Assembly: GCA_051294375.1 (NCBI GenBank)
Contig: CM119263.1
Span: 5,998,495-6,046,450 of the forward strand
From: Paraspadella gotoi
Lineage: Eukaryota > Animalia > Chaetognatha
Direction: 5' to 3'
DNA length: 47,956 nucleotides
This document shows, in pieces, positions 1-12,545 of the stretch. Position numbers and translations under genes: made by a program. Under the pieces are notes generated by a model. It was not told the origin of the DNA. It did not search any database and saw nothing but the letters and a program-made list of their open reading frames with translations. Positions within the stretch are counted from its first letter, which is position 1, and each line of letters opens with the position of its first letter.

Positions 1-21
1 ATGGCAATGACCCTTCTATTG
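1..21 (+). CDS. 3' end of a receptor-type PTP D2-domain exon (..NGNDPSI-G), followed by a GT donor
   Basis: Same exon end as seen inverted at ~2987-3115. It ends tct att g|gtgaga (phase 1) and joins gc atc tat tgg at 3917 to give G-I-Y-W-P, the PTP YWP motif. Confidence 0.7.
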
Positions 22-304
22 GTGAGAGTTGAAGACCGACCGGCCGACAAAATGGCCGACCGATAGACTTGTAAGAATCCGTTTATTTTTTTTATGGCAA
101 TAATAAATAATAAATATCAAAACATATAAACGTGAAAGTTGAATAAATTTTTGGTTTTTGTCGCCATATTTCTAACATGAGTTAAATTTTATATTTACAA
201 GGATTTTTTAGTTAATTTGAGAAAAATATCAATACAAAACTGTAACCGTCTAGATTTAAGTTTGAAATTTTATTTCTCATATTTTTGTGAGAATTAAAAT
301 ATTT

Positions 305-420
<116 letters not shown>

Positions 421-427
421 TCAGCCT

Positions 428-1416
428 TCAGTCAGACCGCCCTCCCATTAATCTGGCCACCATAATAACCAAGAGAGCAAAGGCCATCAAACTCCCAATT
501 ACAATCGCGATGATTTCTCCGGTAATTAAATCGATGGGAGTCGACGGTGACCGGAAATTCGCCGGAAGAGACACCGGACGAGTTGTAGTGATGCATTTCA
601 TTGGCCAGGCTTCATTGATGGCAACAAAGCAGACGCCGCCGCCGCCACACTTTTCTCCAATTGCACAACAGAAATCCCAATGCGTCTTCGTGACCCAACA
701 CCAACCGTATGAGTTTCTTGTTCCCCATGGACGCGATTTGCTTTTACCTCCTTGTCCACACTCGCTCAAGCAGTCGTAATTGTTGACGCTCCGTGTTTTG
801 GGCGTGGCTTCACACGGGCGCCATTTTTCGACGCATTTAGTTCCGCTTCGCCCGCGTTTCTGTAAGACGCAATACCGGCAAGCGTTGGCAAAGCGAGTGC
901 CAGTTCGCCGAAGTTCGCAATTCGATCCGGCAAAGCAGCAATAATCCCAGGAGCCGTGATCCTCCGAAGTGTAGCACCACTCATAGTCATAACCGTAGAG
1001 GCCGCAAAATTCACCCAGGGCGCAAGCCCGACCGGTTACTGTGAAGGCCAAAGGTTTGGAGCGACATCGGACGGTGGCTTCGGACTTCGGCGTTACTGCG
1101 CTGTTGCACCAAGTCTCATTCGTTGCTGAGTAAAAGATGCAGCCTGCATCAGAATTGCAGCATTTCTCCCACCTGATGATTAAAATGTATTCATATTTTT
1201 TATCATTTTTTCCTTCATTTTTCAAATGACCCTTTACCTCTTTTCGTCTACGTAACACCAGAAATAATCGTAGCCTTGTGTCTGACACGTTTCGCCCTTC
1301 CGACACGGGACGCCCGAGACAGTCACGGCCGTGACAAAGGACGACGACGATGACGACGACGAACAACATGAGATTAAAAAAGAAACGTAAAAAAACAGAA
1401 CCACAGATTTGATCAT
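428..1416 (-). CDS. Cys-rich single-pass membrane protein with three C..C..G.Y.WC....W..CC repeats; 2 exons (1416-1238, 1172-428)
   Basis: Signal-peptide-like MIKSVVLFFYVSFLISCC. A 65-nt GT-AG intron (1237-1173) joins KR|WEKCC in frame. Repeats: CQTQGYDYFWCYVDEKRWEKCC, CGLYGYDYEWCYTSEDHGSWDYCC, CGQGG..YGWCWVTKTHWDFCC. C-terminal TM IIAIVIGSLMAFALLVIMVA. Confidence 0.8.
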
Positions 1417-1439
1417 TTTAGATTTGTTTCGAGGCTGCG

Positions 1440-1530
<91 letters not shown>

Positions 1531-1563
1531 TATCTGAATCGCCCTGTCGAAACAAATCTAAAA

Positions 1564-2557
1564 ATGATAAAATCTGTGGTTCTGTTTTTTTACGTTTCTT
1601 TTTTAATCTCATGTTGTTCGTCGTCGTCATCGTCGTCGTCCTTTGTCACGGCCGTGACTGTCTCGGGCGTCCCGTGTCGGAAGGGGCGAAACGTGTCAGG
1701 CACAAGGCTACGATTATTTCTGGTGTTACGTAGACGAAAAGAGGTAAAGGGTCATTTGAAAAATGAAGAAAAAAATGATAAAAAATATGAATAAATTTTT
1801 AATCATCAGGTGGGAGAAATGCTGCAATCCTGCTGGCAGGCTGCATCTTTTACTCAGCAACGATGAGACTTGGTGCAACAGCGCAGTAACGCCGAAGTCC
1901 GAAGCCACCGTTCGATGTCGCCCAAACCTTTGGCCTTCACAGTAGCCGGTCGGGCTTGCGCCTGGGTGAATTTTGCGGCCTCTACGGTTATGACTATGAG
2001 TGGTGCTACACTTCGGAGGATCGGCGGCTCCTGGGATTATTGCTGCTTTGCCGGATCGAATTGCGAAACTTCGGCGAACTGGCACTCGCTTTGCCAACGC
2101 GTGCCGGTATTGCGTCTTACAGAAACGCGGCGAAGCGGAACTAAATGCGTCGAAAAATGGCGTCCGTGTGAAGCCACGCCCAAAAACACGGAGCGTCAAC
2201 AATACGACTGGCTTGAGCGAGTGTGGACAAGGAGGGTAAAAGCAAATCGCGTCCATGGGGAACAAGAAACTCATACGGTTGGTGTTAGGTCACGAAGACG
2301 CATTGGGATTTCTGTTGTGCAATTGGAGAAAAGTGTGGCGGCGTGGTGCGTCTGCTTTGTTGCCATCAATGAAGCCTGGCCAATGAAATGCATCACTACA
2401 CTCGTCCGGTGTCTCTTCCGGGCGAATTATCCGGTCACCGTCGGACTCCCTTCGATTTAATTACCGGAGAAATCATCGCGATTGTAATTGGGAGTTGATG
2501 GGCCTTTGCTCTCATTGGTTATTATGGTGGCCAGATAATGCGAGGGCGGTCTGACTG
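1564..2557 (+). pseudogene. Frameshifted inverted copy of the Cys-rich membrane protein gene (likely artefactual)
   Basis: Same peptide segments as 428-1416, spread over several frames in the ORF track. Confidence 0.7.
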
Positions 2558-2604
2558 AAGGCTGAAGTCAGTTTTTTCCTCTCTCTCTCTCTCTTCTCTC
2601 TCTC

Positions 2605-2653
<49 letters not shown>

Positions 2654-2986
2654 TTGAAATTTAAATAATTTAATTCCAACAAAAAATTTGAGAAATAAAA
2701 TTTCAAACTTTAAATCTAGACGGTTTGCAGTTTTGTTATTGATATTTTTTCTCAATAATAACTATAAATCCTTGTTAAATATAAAATTTAACTCATGTTA
2801 GAACATGGCGACAAAAACCAAAAATTTATTCAATTTTCACGTTATATGTTTTGAATTTGTTTCGTAGAATTTCCATATTACATTTATTTTGCCATAAAAA
2901 AAATAAACGGATTCTTACAAGTTTGTTGTGTCAGTTCGGTCTATCGGTCGGCCATTTTTGTCGGCCGGTCGGTCTTAAACTCTCAC

Positions 2987-3653
2987 CAATAGAAGGGTCA
3001 TTGCCATTGCTCCATCTTCGTTCAACTGATCACCGACGCGACATTGTGATCCAAATCAGACACCAAAAGTCTTCGATTGTGTTGGGAAGAGGCATCTGGG
3101 TTACTATGTAGGCATCCTGGGAGGAGAGCGAGCGAGTGTTTGAGAGAGAGGGAGAGGAGGGGGAAAAGAGAGAATATCGGGATGAGAGAGAGCGAGTCTG
3201 TGAGAGAGAGGGAGAGGAGAGGGATAAAGGAAGAATATCGGAGGAGAAAGAGTGAGTGGGAGAGGGAGAGGGAGAAGAAGGGGAGAAAAACATCAGTAAA
3301 CTTACTTTTTATGATAACCGTTGACAAAGACGCGTTGATGTAGTTTCCTTTCCCTTCCTCGACAGAAAGTGAGAAGGTAGGGTCTGAACGGTCAGAAGGC
3401 AAAATGCCCTCAAATCGGTCTTTCCTGTTGAAGGCGAAAGATGACATCAAAAAAGACAAAAGATAAACAACAACAACGACAACAACAACCTCTATTTGAT
3501 CGTCTCCGTTCCGTCGTGGAATTCAATATCACTGTGCACAGGTGAGACTTTGATTGAGAATCTCAAACCTCTCATCATCACTGTGGGGCGCCCGTTCCGT
3601 TCGTTCCTTTCTTTCACCCAACGGCTTCATGATGTTGAAGTGGGCCGGCGCCA
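2987..3653 (-). CDS. Upstream exons of the receptor PTP D2 domain (inverted relative to downstream exons, indel-rich)
   Basis: Minus-strand peptides FNRKDRFEGILPSDRS..GKGNYINAS (KNRY-like and YINAS motifs) and DAYIVTQMPLPNTIEDFWCLIW/DHNVASVIS (YIxTQxPL..T..DFW motif). Confidence 0.8.
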
Positions 3654-3678
3654 NNNNNNNNNNNNNNNNNNNNNNNNN
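3654..3678. other. Assembly gap (N run)
   Basis: 25 consecutive N. Confidence 1.
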
Positions 3679-3916
3679 GCATTCCTTCTTTTAAAAACCC
3701 TTATTTATACGGATATTAAGCCGATGTGATACGATATATTTCATGTCCCATATTAGCTTCTTGTATTTTATATCAGAAAAACGATTTGGCCTCATCAGGT
3801 TTCGATTGTTATTCCAAGAGAAAATTTTCTTTTTTATCGTCTGAAATCAAATAAGACGCAGAAACTTAAATTTTTATTTATTAGTTGATATTTAAACATC
3901 CCCACCCCCTCCCCAG

Positions 3917-5141
3917 GCATCTATTGGCCTCGAGAAGGAAACCGTCAGGCCATTGGTGGATTTTTGATCGAGAAACAAAGAGAAGAAAAAGAAGACGAAG
4001 GAGAAATCATCGTGAGGACATTCGCCCTCTCGCGGTTGAATGACAAACAAGGAAATCAACCCAAAAATCAAAAGAGGTTCGGTTAATGTCATTTGACATG
4101 ATATGACATGAAGACGATTGTTTGATCCGCAAGCGATTTAATTGTGCATTTCCCTAAAACTGGAAACTTTCAAAACTAAAAATGGCATCGTATGATAAAA
4201 TGTACAATTATACATATATTCCATAAAAAAAAACTCAAAACTTTCAAAACCTTTCCAGCTCTTTTTTCTCCGTTTCCCCACAGACTTATTCGCCAATTCC
4301 AACTGAGTTCTTCCGTTTGGCTTCCAACTGCTTCATTGCCCTCAAGTCCACACCCATCACGCGTTTGCTGTTGGGCGTCAACAGATGGCAGGCGGGCACG
4401 CCAACAAATGGTAAGAAGGGCAGGCGGGCAAGCCACAAATGGTGATCCATTTTTGTACCTCAACTCCTGATCTGTAAACCAGGTCACCCTTCTGAAGGCC
4501 CTGCCTCTGGCCCAGTCGTCGTCCATTGCATGAATGGTCAAACCCGGTCGGGCCTCTTCTGCGCAGCTGCCTTCATCCATGACAAACTCAAGGCTGAAAG
4601 AGGAGTTGATGTCTTTCAGGCGACTAGAAGCATCCGCCTGGCAAGGGAGGGCTTCATTGAAGATATTGAACAGGTGATAGCATTGCTAATTTGCTAGGGT
4701 CCCGACTTTACTGAAGACATTGAACAGATGGAGTATTTGTCTGGCAAGGGAGAGGTTCATTGAAGACAGGTGATAGGAGTATAATCCTGGCAGGAAGAGA
4801 AGGATATAAAGATATAAAGAACATCATGGCAGTAGTTTAGCTTTATACGAAAGTTAAAATAAATTATGTCTTGTTAATAACTGCAACGAGAATAAAATAA
4901 ATCAATTTTTTCATTTAATTTTTAACAGTATAAATTCCTGTACACCATCGCCCAAAACTTGACTGAGATTTTGCCTGAAACGCCTGAAGAATCCGGCGGA
5001 AAATCCCAGCGGAAACAAGAAACAAATGACAACTCGACTCCGCGGCAGAGAACGTTTCTCCCAAATTCCGCAAGAGTCTCTCAGATTCAACAAAAGGACA
5101 TTCGAGGAGCGGTCCGTCAAGAACTAGAAACTCTGATATGA
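3917..5141 (+). CDS. Receptor-type protein tyrosine phosphatase, last 4 exons of D2 (3917-4076, 4284-4410, 4483-4673, 4929-5141)
   Basis: GT-AG exons translate IYWPREG..IIVRTFAL; RLIRQFQL..W; GPVVVHCMNGQTRSGLFCAA..VDVFQATRSIRLAREGFIEDIEQ|YKFLY. One apparent 1-bp frameshift near 4345. Stop at 5139-5141. Confidence 0.9.
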
Positions 5142-6002
5142 AAAAGACAATGAGTCTCCACCTTAAAACGTGACTTTATTATTTAAACAAAATTCTTTTT
5201 TTGATTTTACGAATTTATTTTTATTCGATGTTTTTTTTTCCGCTGTTTGAATTTTTATTTTGAGTAATTGATTCGACGTCTGATATGAATTGTGATATCT
5301 TAATCCTTTACCAAAACACGTGTCAATACTCTTCCTTTTTCAAAACTTCATAATTCTCATTTTCCTTGTAATTTTTTGTGGAAAAAAATGGAATTAATTT
5401 TGGTTCTATTTTTTTTTTTTTTTTTAACATTTATTTTTCTCAAGCAAATATTGCTTTGGTGATACTAGTCTTTTATAAATTTGAAATCGCATGACTTTTA
5501 GATTTGCTGTGTAAATATCGAATTCTTTACATTGCCGTTGAGAATAATGGCCTGAGTTTCGTTTTTGTTTTTTTTTTGTTTTTTGTAATAACTTGTCGAA
5601 CTTTAAAATGGTGATAAAATTTTCAATAAAAAGTTACACAAAATAATTTGAAATATTTCCCAGTGCGCGTGTTTTGCTCAGCACATTTTCCTTGTTTTAA
5701 ATTCTCAAATTATGAAACACAAAAAGTGTCCGAAAATCGTGTATTGTACATTCGTTATCATCTACATTCATTTAGTACTTGTGTTCAATACTCATTTTCA
5801 TAAACGTCTATCGCTCTTTTCTTTGTAATTCATATTTACTGTCTAAAAGAAATAAACTATAATATATTAATTAAATGATTTTTGTAAATATTTAAATCCG
5901 TACGTCAGGTAAAGATTGGGAATTTTAGGCCTGTGAAGATTTTCCTACTTTTCTAATTTCACTCATAGACAAAGACTCATTTAAAGGCGACGAGACGACG
6001 AC

Positions 6003-6034
<32 letters not shown>

Positions 6035-6242
6035 CGATTGCATCTGATGCGAACAAAACGAAACCAGAAAAGTCATTCATAGGAGATGCAGCTGGAGGAA
6101 GGAGGAGGAAGAGGAGGAGGAGAAAGACTTTGCAGGCCTTCAATCGACAAACAGCTGAGGGGAGAGAAAGAGAGAGAAACAGGAGGCGAACTTAAGGGTC
6201 ACCTCTCTCTTTCTCATCTGACAAGAATTTCCCTTTTCGGTT

Positions 6243-6311
<69 letters not shown>

Positions 6312-6606
6312 TTCATACTTCACAAACAAAGAAGTATGAAAGAGAGAGAAAGAGACCCTGACCGACCATCCGTAGACTCAATACAACCGGCGATTTCAGT
6401 TCAGGACGAATCCTTCGTCGTCGTCGTCGTCGTCGTCCCCGTCTTCTTCTTCCTTAAATATCGTGACGTAACAACGACGACGACGACGACGACGACGAAG
6501 AAGAAACTTATGGTTCTAAGGAATCGCATTCCAATACGAGCTTCAATGTTTTGTCCTAACAAAATATACAACACTTCTGCGTGTCGTCCTTTCTTTCTCT
6601 CTCTCT

Positions 6607-6673
<67 letters not shown>

Positions 6674-7040
6674 TTAATGCGAGATGCCGGAGCAACCCGC
6701 AATTCCATTTTCCCCCTGCTGCAGCTCTCCTCTCTTCTCTCTCTCTCTCCTCTCTTCTCTCTCTCTCTTCTTGCTCTCTCTCTCTCTCTCTCTCTCGTTC
6801 GCCGTGTGCGTCTTCTCTCACTCGTCTCTGAAGGCATCCATCAAACTCCGTCTTACTGACACAGCCTTTGCCTTCCATGACACGCCAACTTAAACTTCGT
6901 CTATAAAAAAAAAAAATTCTTTGTTTTAAATATTTTTCATACGTAAACTTTTTCCTGAAGTCAATTAGGCGTTAACAAGTGTCTCTCTCTCTCTATTTCA
7001 CTCCTCTCGCTCTCCATCTTTCCCCATTCTCACGACCCCG

Positions 7041-7481
7041 ATGTCCCTTTGGTGTTCCAGTCCCGTCTGCGGATTTCTCGGCATCTTCTTTCCCATCGTC
7101 GGGGTCATCGTCATCGTCGTCGTCCTCTACTACGTCGTCCGTCTGTCCGTCCATTTCCGCCACGCCCTCAGACGGATCCGCATCGCGATGAGCGCCGCCG
7201 CAAGATCGCGTGACGCCGAGAAAGGCGACGGCGTCAAAGACACGACCACGACTTTTGAGCCAAACTTTTTCTTTCTGCGTCAAAACTCGATCAACGAAGA
7301 GAGAAGCGTCACGGCGAACGGAGTGGGCGTGGCAAATGGCGTCAATGGTGACGCCAAAGGAGACACGAAGCGCCCTCTGTCCAAGTCACACCCCGCGTGC
7401 TCACCGACGTTTCAGACTGACCCCATCGACTGGGCGGATTTGGGAATCACGTTGTCGAAGAAGCGGGAGGGAGATCAGTGA
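7041..7481 (+). CDS. Hypothetical 146-aa single-pass membrane protein
   Basis: ATG-initiated GC-rich ORF in an AT-rich background. N-terminal hydrophobic helix (GFLGIFFPIVGVIVIVVVLYYVV) followed by a basic segment. No family recognised. Confidence 0.55.
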   Translation: MSLWCSSPVCGFLGIFFPIVGVIVIVVVLYYVVRLSVHFRHALRRIRIAMSAAARSRDAEKGDGVKDTTTTFEPNFFFLRQNSINEERSVTANGVGVANGVNGDAKGDTKRPLSKSHPACSPTFQTDPIDWADLGITLSKKREGDQ

Positions 7482-10400
7482 GCCCGGCCACAACAACAAC
7501 AACGAAAACAACAACTAATGGTGATTGCTGCTTGGCAATCAATTGTAGTCAAACCAATTGTAGTCAAACCTGAAAAAAAACATTTCAACGAAGGTACAAA
7601 AAAAAAACTCAAAAACTCAAAAATAAAACAGAAAAACCAAATTTCCTCTGTAACTCAGAAAATCTCAAATTTCTTTTTTCTGCCCCCTGTAATTTCATTG
7701 CTTGCCGATTTTTGTCACTACTTACAAGTAAAGATTTAGGTAGCAATTTTTGCTTGATGTACTTTGGTCACGTGTTAAGATTTAGGGAACAATTGATTCT
7801 TTCCTGCTCTTTATTTCATTTTTTCTCCAAACGGAAAACAGACTTTTTGTGATACAAAACGATTTTTTTTTCAAACTTAAATCATTCCTTTCACAAAAAG
7901 ATGATGATGATGATGATTATTATTCTTTCCAAAGGTCGCGGCTCTGGAAACTCTGTAAAGCAGAATAGATAATTTTTTTTAAATCTCTTTTTTTGAGATA
8001 CTATTTTTGTATGCATTTACATTGAAAAGCGAATTTTCATACGAACTTTTAATAGTTAACTGATTGATGTTGTTTTGTTTAATTTTTGATTCTTGGTCGA
8101 TTAATACAATAGAATTGTAACGATGTTAACTCTTGTTTTTATTTATTAAACAATGATATTTATAAAAAAAAACCGAACGTTATTAAATCTATGAGAATGG
8201 TTTTAAGTACATTCAGGTTTCCTTAAAACCTATTTAAAATAGTAAAATACAATTTTCCGATATAATGGACAGCGGCTGACTTCTAGACATACTCAACGAA
8301 AGTGTTGTCAAAAAATATATATATTAAAAATGTAGGTTTACCGTTACGCAGTCCTAATGAATAAAGATATATAAATAATGATATTGATAATGATATATAA
8401 TATAATATTATATAGGATAATGATATATGAATTATGATATAATAACGCAGTCCTAAATTGAATAATAATAGTTACGACAGCGACGTCAGTGTTTAAAACA
8501 AATATGTTGGTTGTACCAATTTCATAAAATTCAGCTCCTTGTATCTTGATGCTCTTACGGAGTACAATATAGTATTCCCCGATCTAATACATACAATTGA
8601 TTAATTGAAATAATATACCACTTCATTGAAGGGGAAGCCAGGTACTCTGGGAGTGAATAAACAAGACTGTGAGAGAGTTTTGATTGAAAGTTTGCAGGGA
8701 CCTGCCATGTCATTATCTTGTAAGAGTGATGGAGGCCTTAAACCACCAGAGCCTGTCCAAAGTCAGGGCAAGATAGCTTATTTATTAAAGAATGGATAAT
8801 TTTTAAATTGGTTGTACCAATTTCATGTAAAATAGAATTTAAAAATTGAAAAACCAAATATCAAAAGACAGTTTAACTGAAAAAAAAACATAAGCAGTTT
8901 TTGTTATTAATAAAAAAAAAATATTAATCAGTTAAGTTCTAATTAAAAAAAAATATTATTATCATCATTATTTTTTGTTTTAAACGATTTGTGCCCTTTG
9001 TTTAAATTAGTTGTCATGTTTCCGCCCGCCATCGACAGATGAACGATCAAAGGAACAACGACTTCGCGCCGGATCCATTCATCCAAATTATCCAGATGAT
9101 TTTTTTTCTGTCTCTCTCTATTTCCTTCCGTCACGATTTTGTTTTTAACAATAAAAATTGATTTGACTTCGATTGTTTACTCTATTTACGAAGATGGACC
9201 CCAAAATATTCGACTTAAAAAGTCCCAGCTTCTGTATTGGAACTTGTAAACTTGAGTCAAAGATCGAAATTCAAATTAAAACATTCGACAGAAAAACAAT
9301 TTGAAGTGACCGAGAAGACAGGGAGTCGCCATGCCTCTTTAAGTGTGTGCATTTTCCCACACTTAGTGTACCCAGTGGGTCTGGGAAATTATTATGTCAG
9401 TTGTCTTGATTCCATAACTTCTGATCCAGCGGTTGACTTAACCGGGTTAATTTACCGGCTATGGACTGGGTTAGAACGCGGAACATTGGGGTTGGTGCAT
9501 TAGCCCAGAGCACTGTGATGGAAGGAATAACCATATCCAACGGCAATGACGTTAACCATGAAACCATGAACCATGAAACCTTCGATGACTCAGACCGAGA
9601 TCCCGACGAAAACCCTTACCCAGACGCAGAGCTCTACTCAGACCTTAACCCTTAACCCTGATCTCTTCATTTATTTGTCGCTATAAGATTGCTTCTACTG
9701 CTAAAATATTTTTGGATCTCCAAACTTTGTATTCGATAATCTTAGTTAATTAATTTTAGTTGACATATTCTTTGTTTTAATTATGAAATTAATTATAAAA
9801 GATAATAAGATTAAAGATTTTTGTAAAGAAGTTTTGAGATGAAATCTTCCTTTTCTTTCTTTTCTTTTTGACTAAAAAAGAAAATAAAAAAAGAGGCTTA
9901 ATTCCGCCAAGAATAAAAAAGAAATTTCTGGAATAAAGTTTGAGTTGATTTCGGTTGCACGAAAAACTCTCATTGAATTAGAACAAAAGTTTTCCCGCTT
10001 TTGTCCTCTAACTCTTGAGTTTTGAGACGTAATAATCTGAAATTTATTACTTCCAACTTTGAAAGTCAGCTTTTCGAATAAATAAAAATAAAACATTTAA
10101 AGAACCAATTATTTTAGCTTTTCTTTGAATTTATTATTTTCAAGTTAAATATAACAATGAATAATGAAAACTAATGGTTTAATTATTTAAATCATTATTT
10201 AAACAAACGTACGTAGTTTTTGAAGAATGTCCTGCAAGATAATGAGAGAAGTAGAAGAGAGAAATTTTTTTCTTTTCTATTCTCAGTGGATTTTATCGAT
10301 TTTTCGGCCACGAAGATTGTTAAACGTTTTCAAAGCCCTTATTAGCTCAATAGGAGTTTGTTCCCAAGGAAAAAATTATAATATTTTGTAAATATAACCA

Positions 10401-10980
10401 GTCTTCTGTATTTGTGCTTTAAGATTTAACGACATTTGTATGTTTTTTATTCTGGGAGGTAAAGTGAAAAATCCTGTTATAATTTGAGAAATCTGAATCA
10501 AGTTTTAGTTGATTAACTCGAAATTCTTTTCTCGAGAATATTGTTTTTATCATTTAAAATAAGAAAGTTTTATTTTCTCGAAAATTCAACGAGGAAGAAT
10601 ACGACGCCCTTAAAACGAAATGAAAGCATTGGGATTTACGAAATAAGGTAAGAAATTGAAAAGACTCACAATTAGGTGATACCCTGTCAAATTAAGTTCT
10701 ATAGTATGAAAGAAATATTCTTTTTCGTTTAATATTAATGTCTGGTTATTTCTTCCCTTTTGTGTCCAACCCCTAATCTAAACAAAATCGACGACGACGA
10801 CAACTAATACTTTGTTATTTTATCAAATGTCGTTTATCTAATTTTGAAACCCAATTTCCCAACAAAATTGCTGACGAAGGCACAAATAGGATCACATTCT
10901 CAATAAAATCGCCCCTATTTTCCTTTTCTTTTTTCTTTTCTAAAATTTTCCTGTTTTTTTCTTTAGATTTTCTACTCGAC

Positions 10981-11046
10981 GGGGTTTTCCTCGTTTACCC
11001 CCAGGGATTGAACCCGGGACTTCGAATCGTGAATGATCCCTCGCCA
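10981..11046 (-). repeat. tRNA-derived (SINE-like) fragment
   Basis: Minus strand reads gaagtcccgGGTTCAATCCCtgg (B box/T arm); no complete cloverleaf. Confidence 0.35.
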
Positions 11047-11939
11047 TTTTCTTACTTCTCCCTTCATCTTTTTTTTTTTTTGCTTTTTTCTTTTTTTTTT
11101 CTTAGTGATTTTTGTCACTTTTTTGGCTGAAAAGTCACGCCAATCTAGTGATAGATCTACTGTTCAATTTTCTGTGATGCTATGATTGTAGTTTCGAAGA
11201 AAAAAAATAAAATTCGTTGTTTGTAAACAAAAATAAACTTTGTTATCTTTCTAAAATATAATAAAACTTTTTCATTTTTTTAACCCACTGCAATAAAAAA
11301 ATCTCCAAAACGAGAAAATAATTTTAATTTCAGTCTTTGAATCGATTTTCTCAGAAATAATGCAATGAAAAAAAATTTTATATTCATCCTTCACTTGGAA
11401 ATTTAAAAGAGAAAAAAGGTTAAGAAGCTTTTCGTTGGCAAAAAAATGCTTTCTCTTCTCGGGACTCAAATTGAAGCCTTTGGCAGAAAATCTGACCCAA
11501 TTTGGCAAAAACTCAGGTTTTTTTGGGGAATCGTAGATGCCAAAGGGGAGAGAAAAGAGAGAAATGAAAAAAGAGCAGAAATAATAGTGGGTACCCTAAC
11601 TTAATTTGTTATTTAAACTGAAATATAACGCGTTTGGAAAATATGGACGAAAAAAGATTAACGAAAATAAAAAGTAGCGTTAGGTTTTGCTCGAAAATAG
11701 TATGATTTAAAAAAACTAGGAGGGTAAACTGAAAAAAAAAATAATAAATTTGAAAAACGCAAAAATATTTTAAAAAACATTACACACACAGTCACAAAAA
11801 AAAAAATAAATGGGAAAAACTTTTTCCTCAAAGGGGATTTTTTTCTTAATTTTTTACGTTTTTCTGTTCTGTCAGCATTTACTTTTTTTCTTTTCTACTT
11901 TCAAGATTTTCTTAGTCTTTTTTCTTCAATTTTTCCGTA

Positions 11940-12098
11940 CAAGGTGACACACAACAACCCGCTGCTAGAAAAACATCGTCATTTGCAAACCTGTAAAGAT
12001 TTTTTTAATCTGAAAAAAAAAATTTTATAGCAAAAACCAAAGTATATCTTTCAAATAACGATTTTTTTCTAGCGGCGGGTGTTCGCTGTGTCACCTTG
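11940..12098. mobile_element. MITE, Tc1/mariner-like
   Basis: Imperfect TIRs CAAGGTGACACA..CCCGCTGCTAGAAAAA / TTTTTCTAGCGGCGGG..TGTGTCACCTTG, flanked by TA on both sides. Partial relative at ~39616-39720. Confidence 0.7.
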
Positions 12099-12545
12099 TA
12101 TTCTCTTCTCTCTCTCTCTCTCTCTTCTTCTTTCCTCTCTCTCTCTCTCTCTCTCTTTCTCTCCTCTTCCTCTCTACCAATCAGTAATCAAAGTAATCTA
12201 TTGTTTTCAGATTTCGAACCACAACAACACACAACAACAAATCTCTCGCTTCTTCGTCTCAACATTTTTCGTCAGAAAAAAAATGCTTTGACGAACAAAA
12301 CAAGTTGAGAAAAACTTTAATTAATTTAAAATTATTTATTATTTTTTTAAAAAAACAAAACGAACAAACCAATATAAGAAAAAAATCTCACGATACTTGC
12401 CGTCAGAAAAAAAAAACAAAAAAAAAATTTAATCTCTAACAAAACAAAAAGAAAAACAAACAAATATTTCTTTTGTTTTCGCTGGAATCTCTTCGTAAGT
12501 CGTTATCGTCGTCCTCATTGTCGTTGTCACCAGGACTCCAGAAGG

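Noticed and set aside
1442-1545. Sequencing adapter at the fold-back centre
   Set aside because: The centre is a plain (TC)n tract with genomic-looking flanks; no adapter sequence was recognised.
6086-6893. ORFs with poly-(SL)/(ER) runs (also at 1418, 2512, 26662) and Phe/Ser/Pro-rich ORFs at 28232-28753 (3' part) and 40193-40684
   Set aside because: These are translations of microsatellites and pyrimidine tracts.
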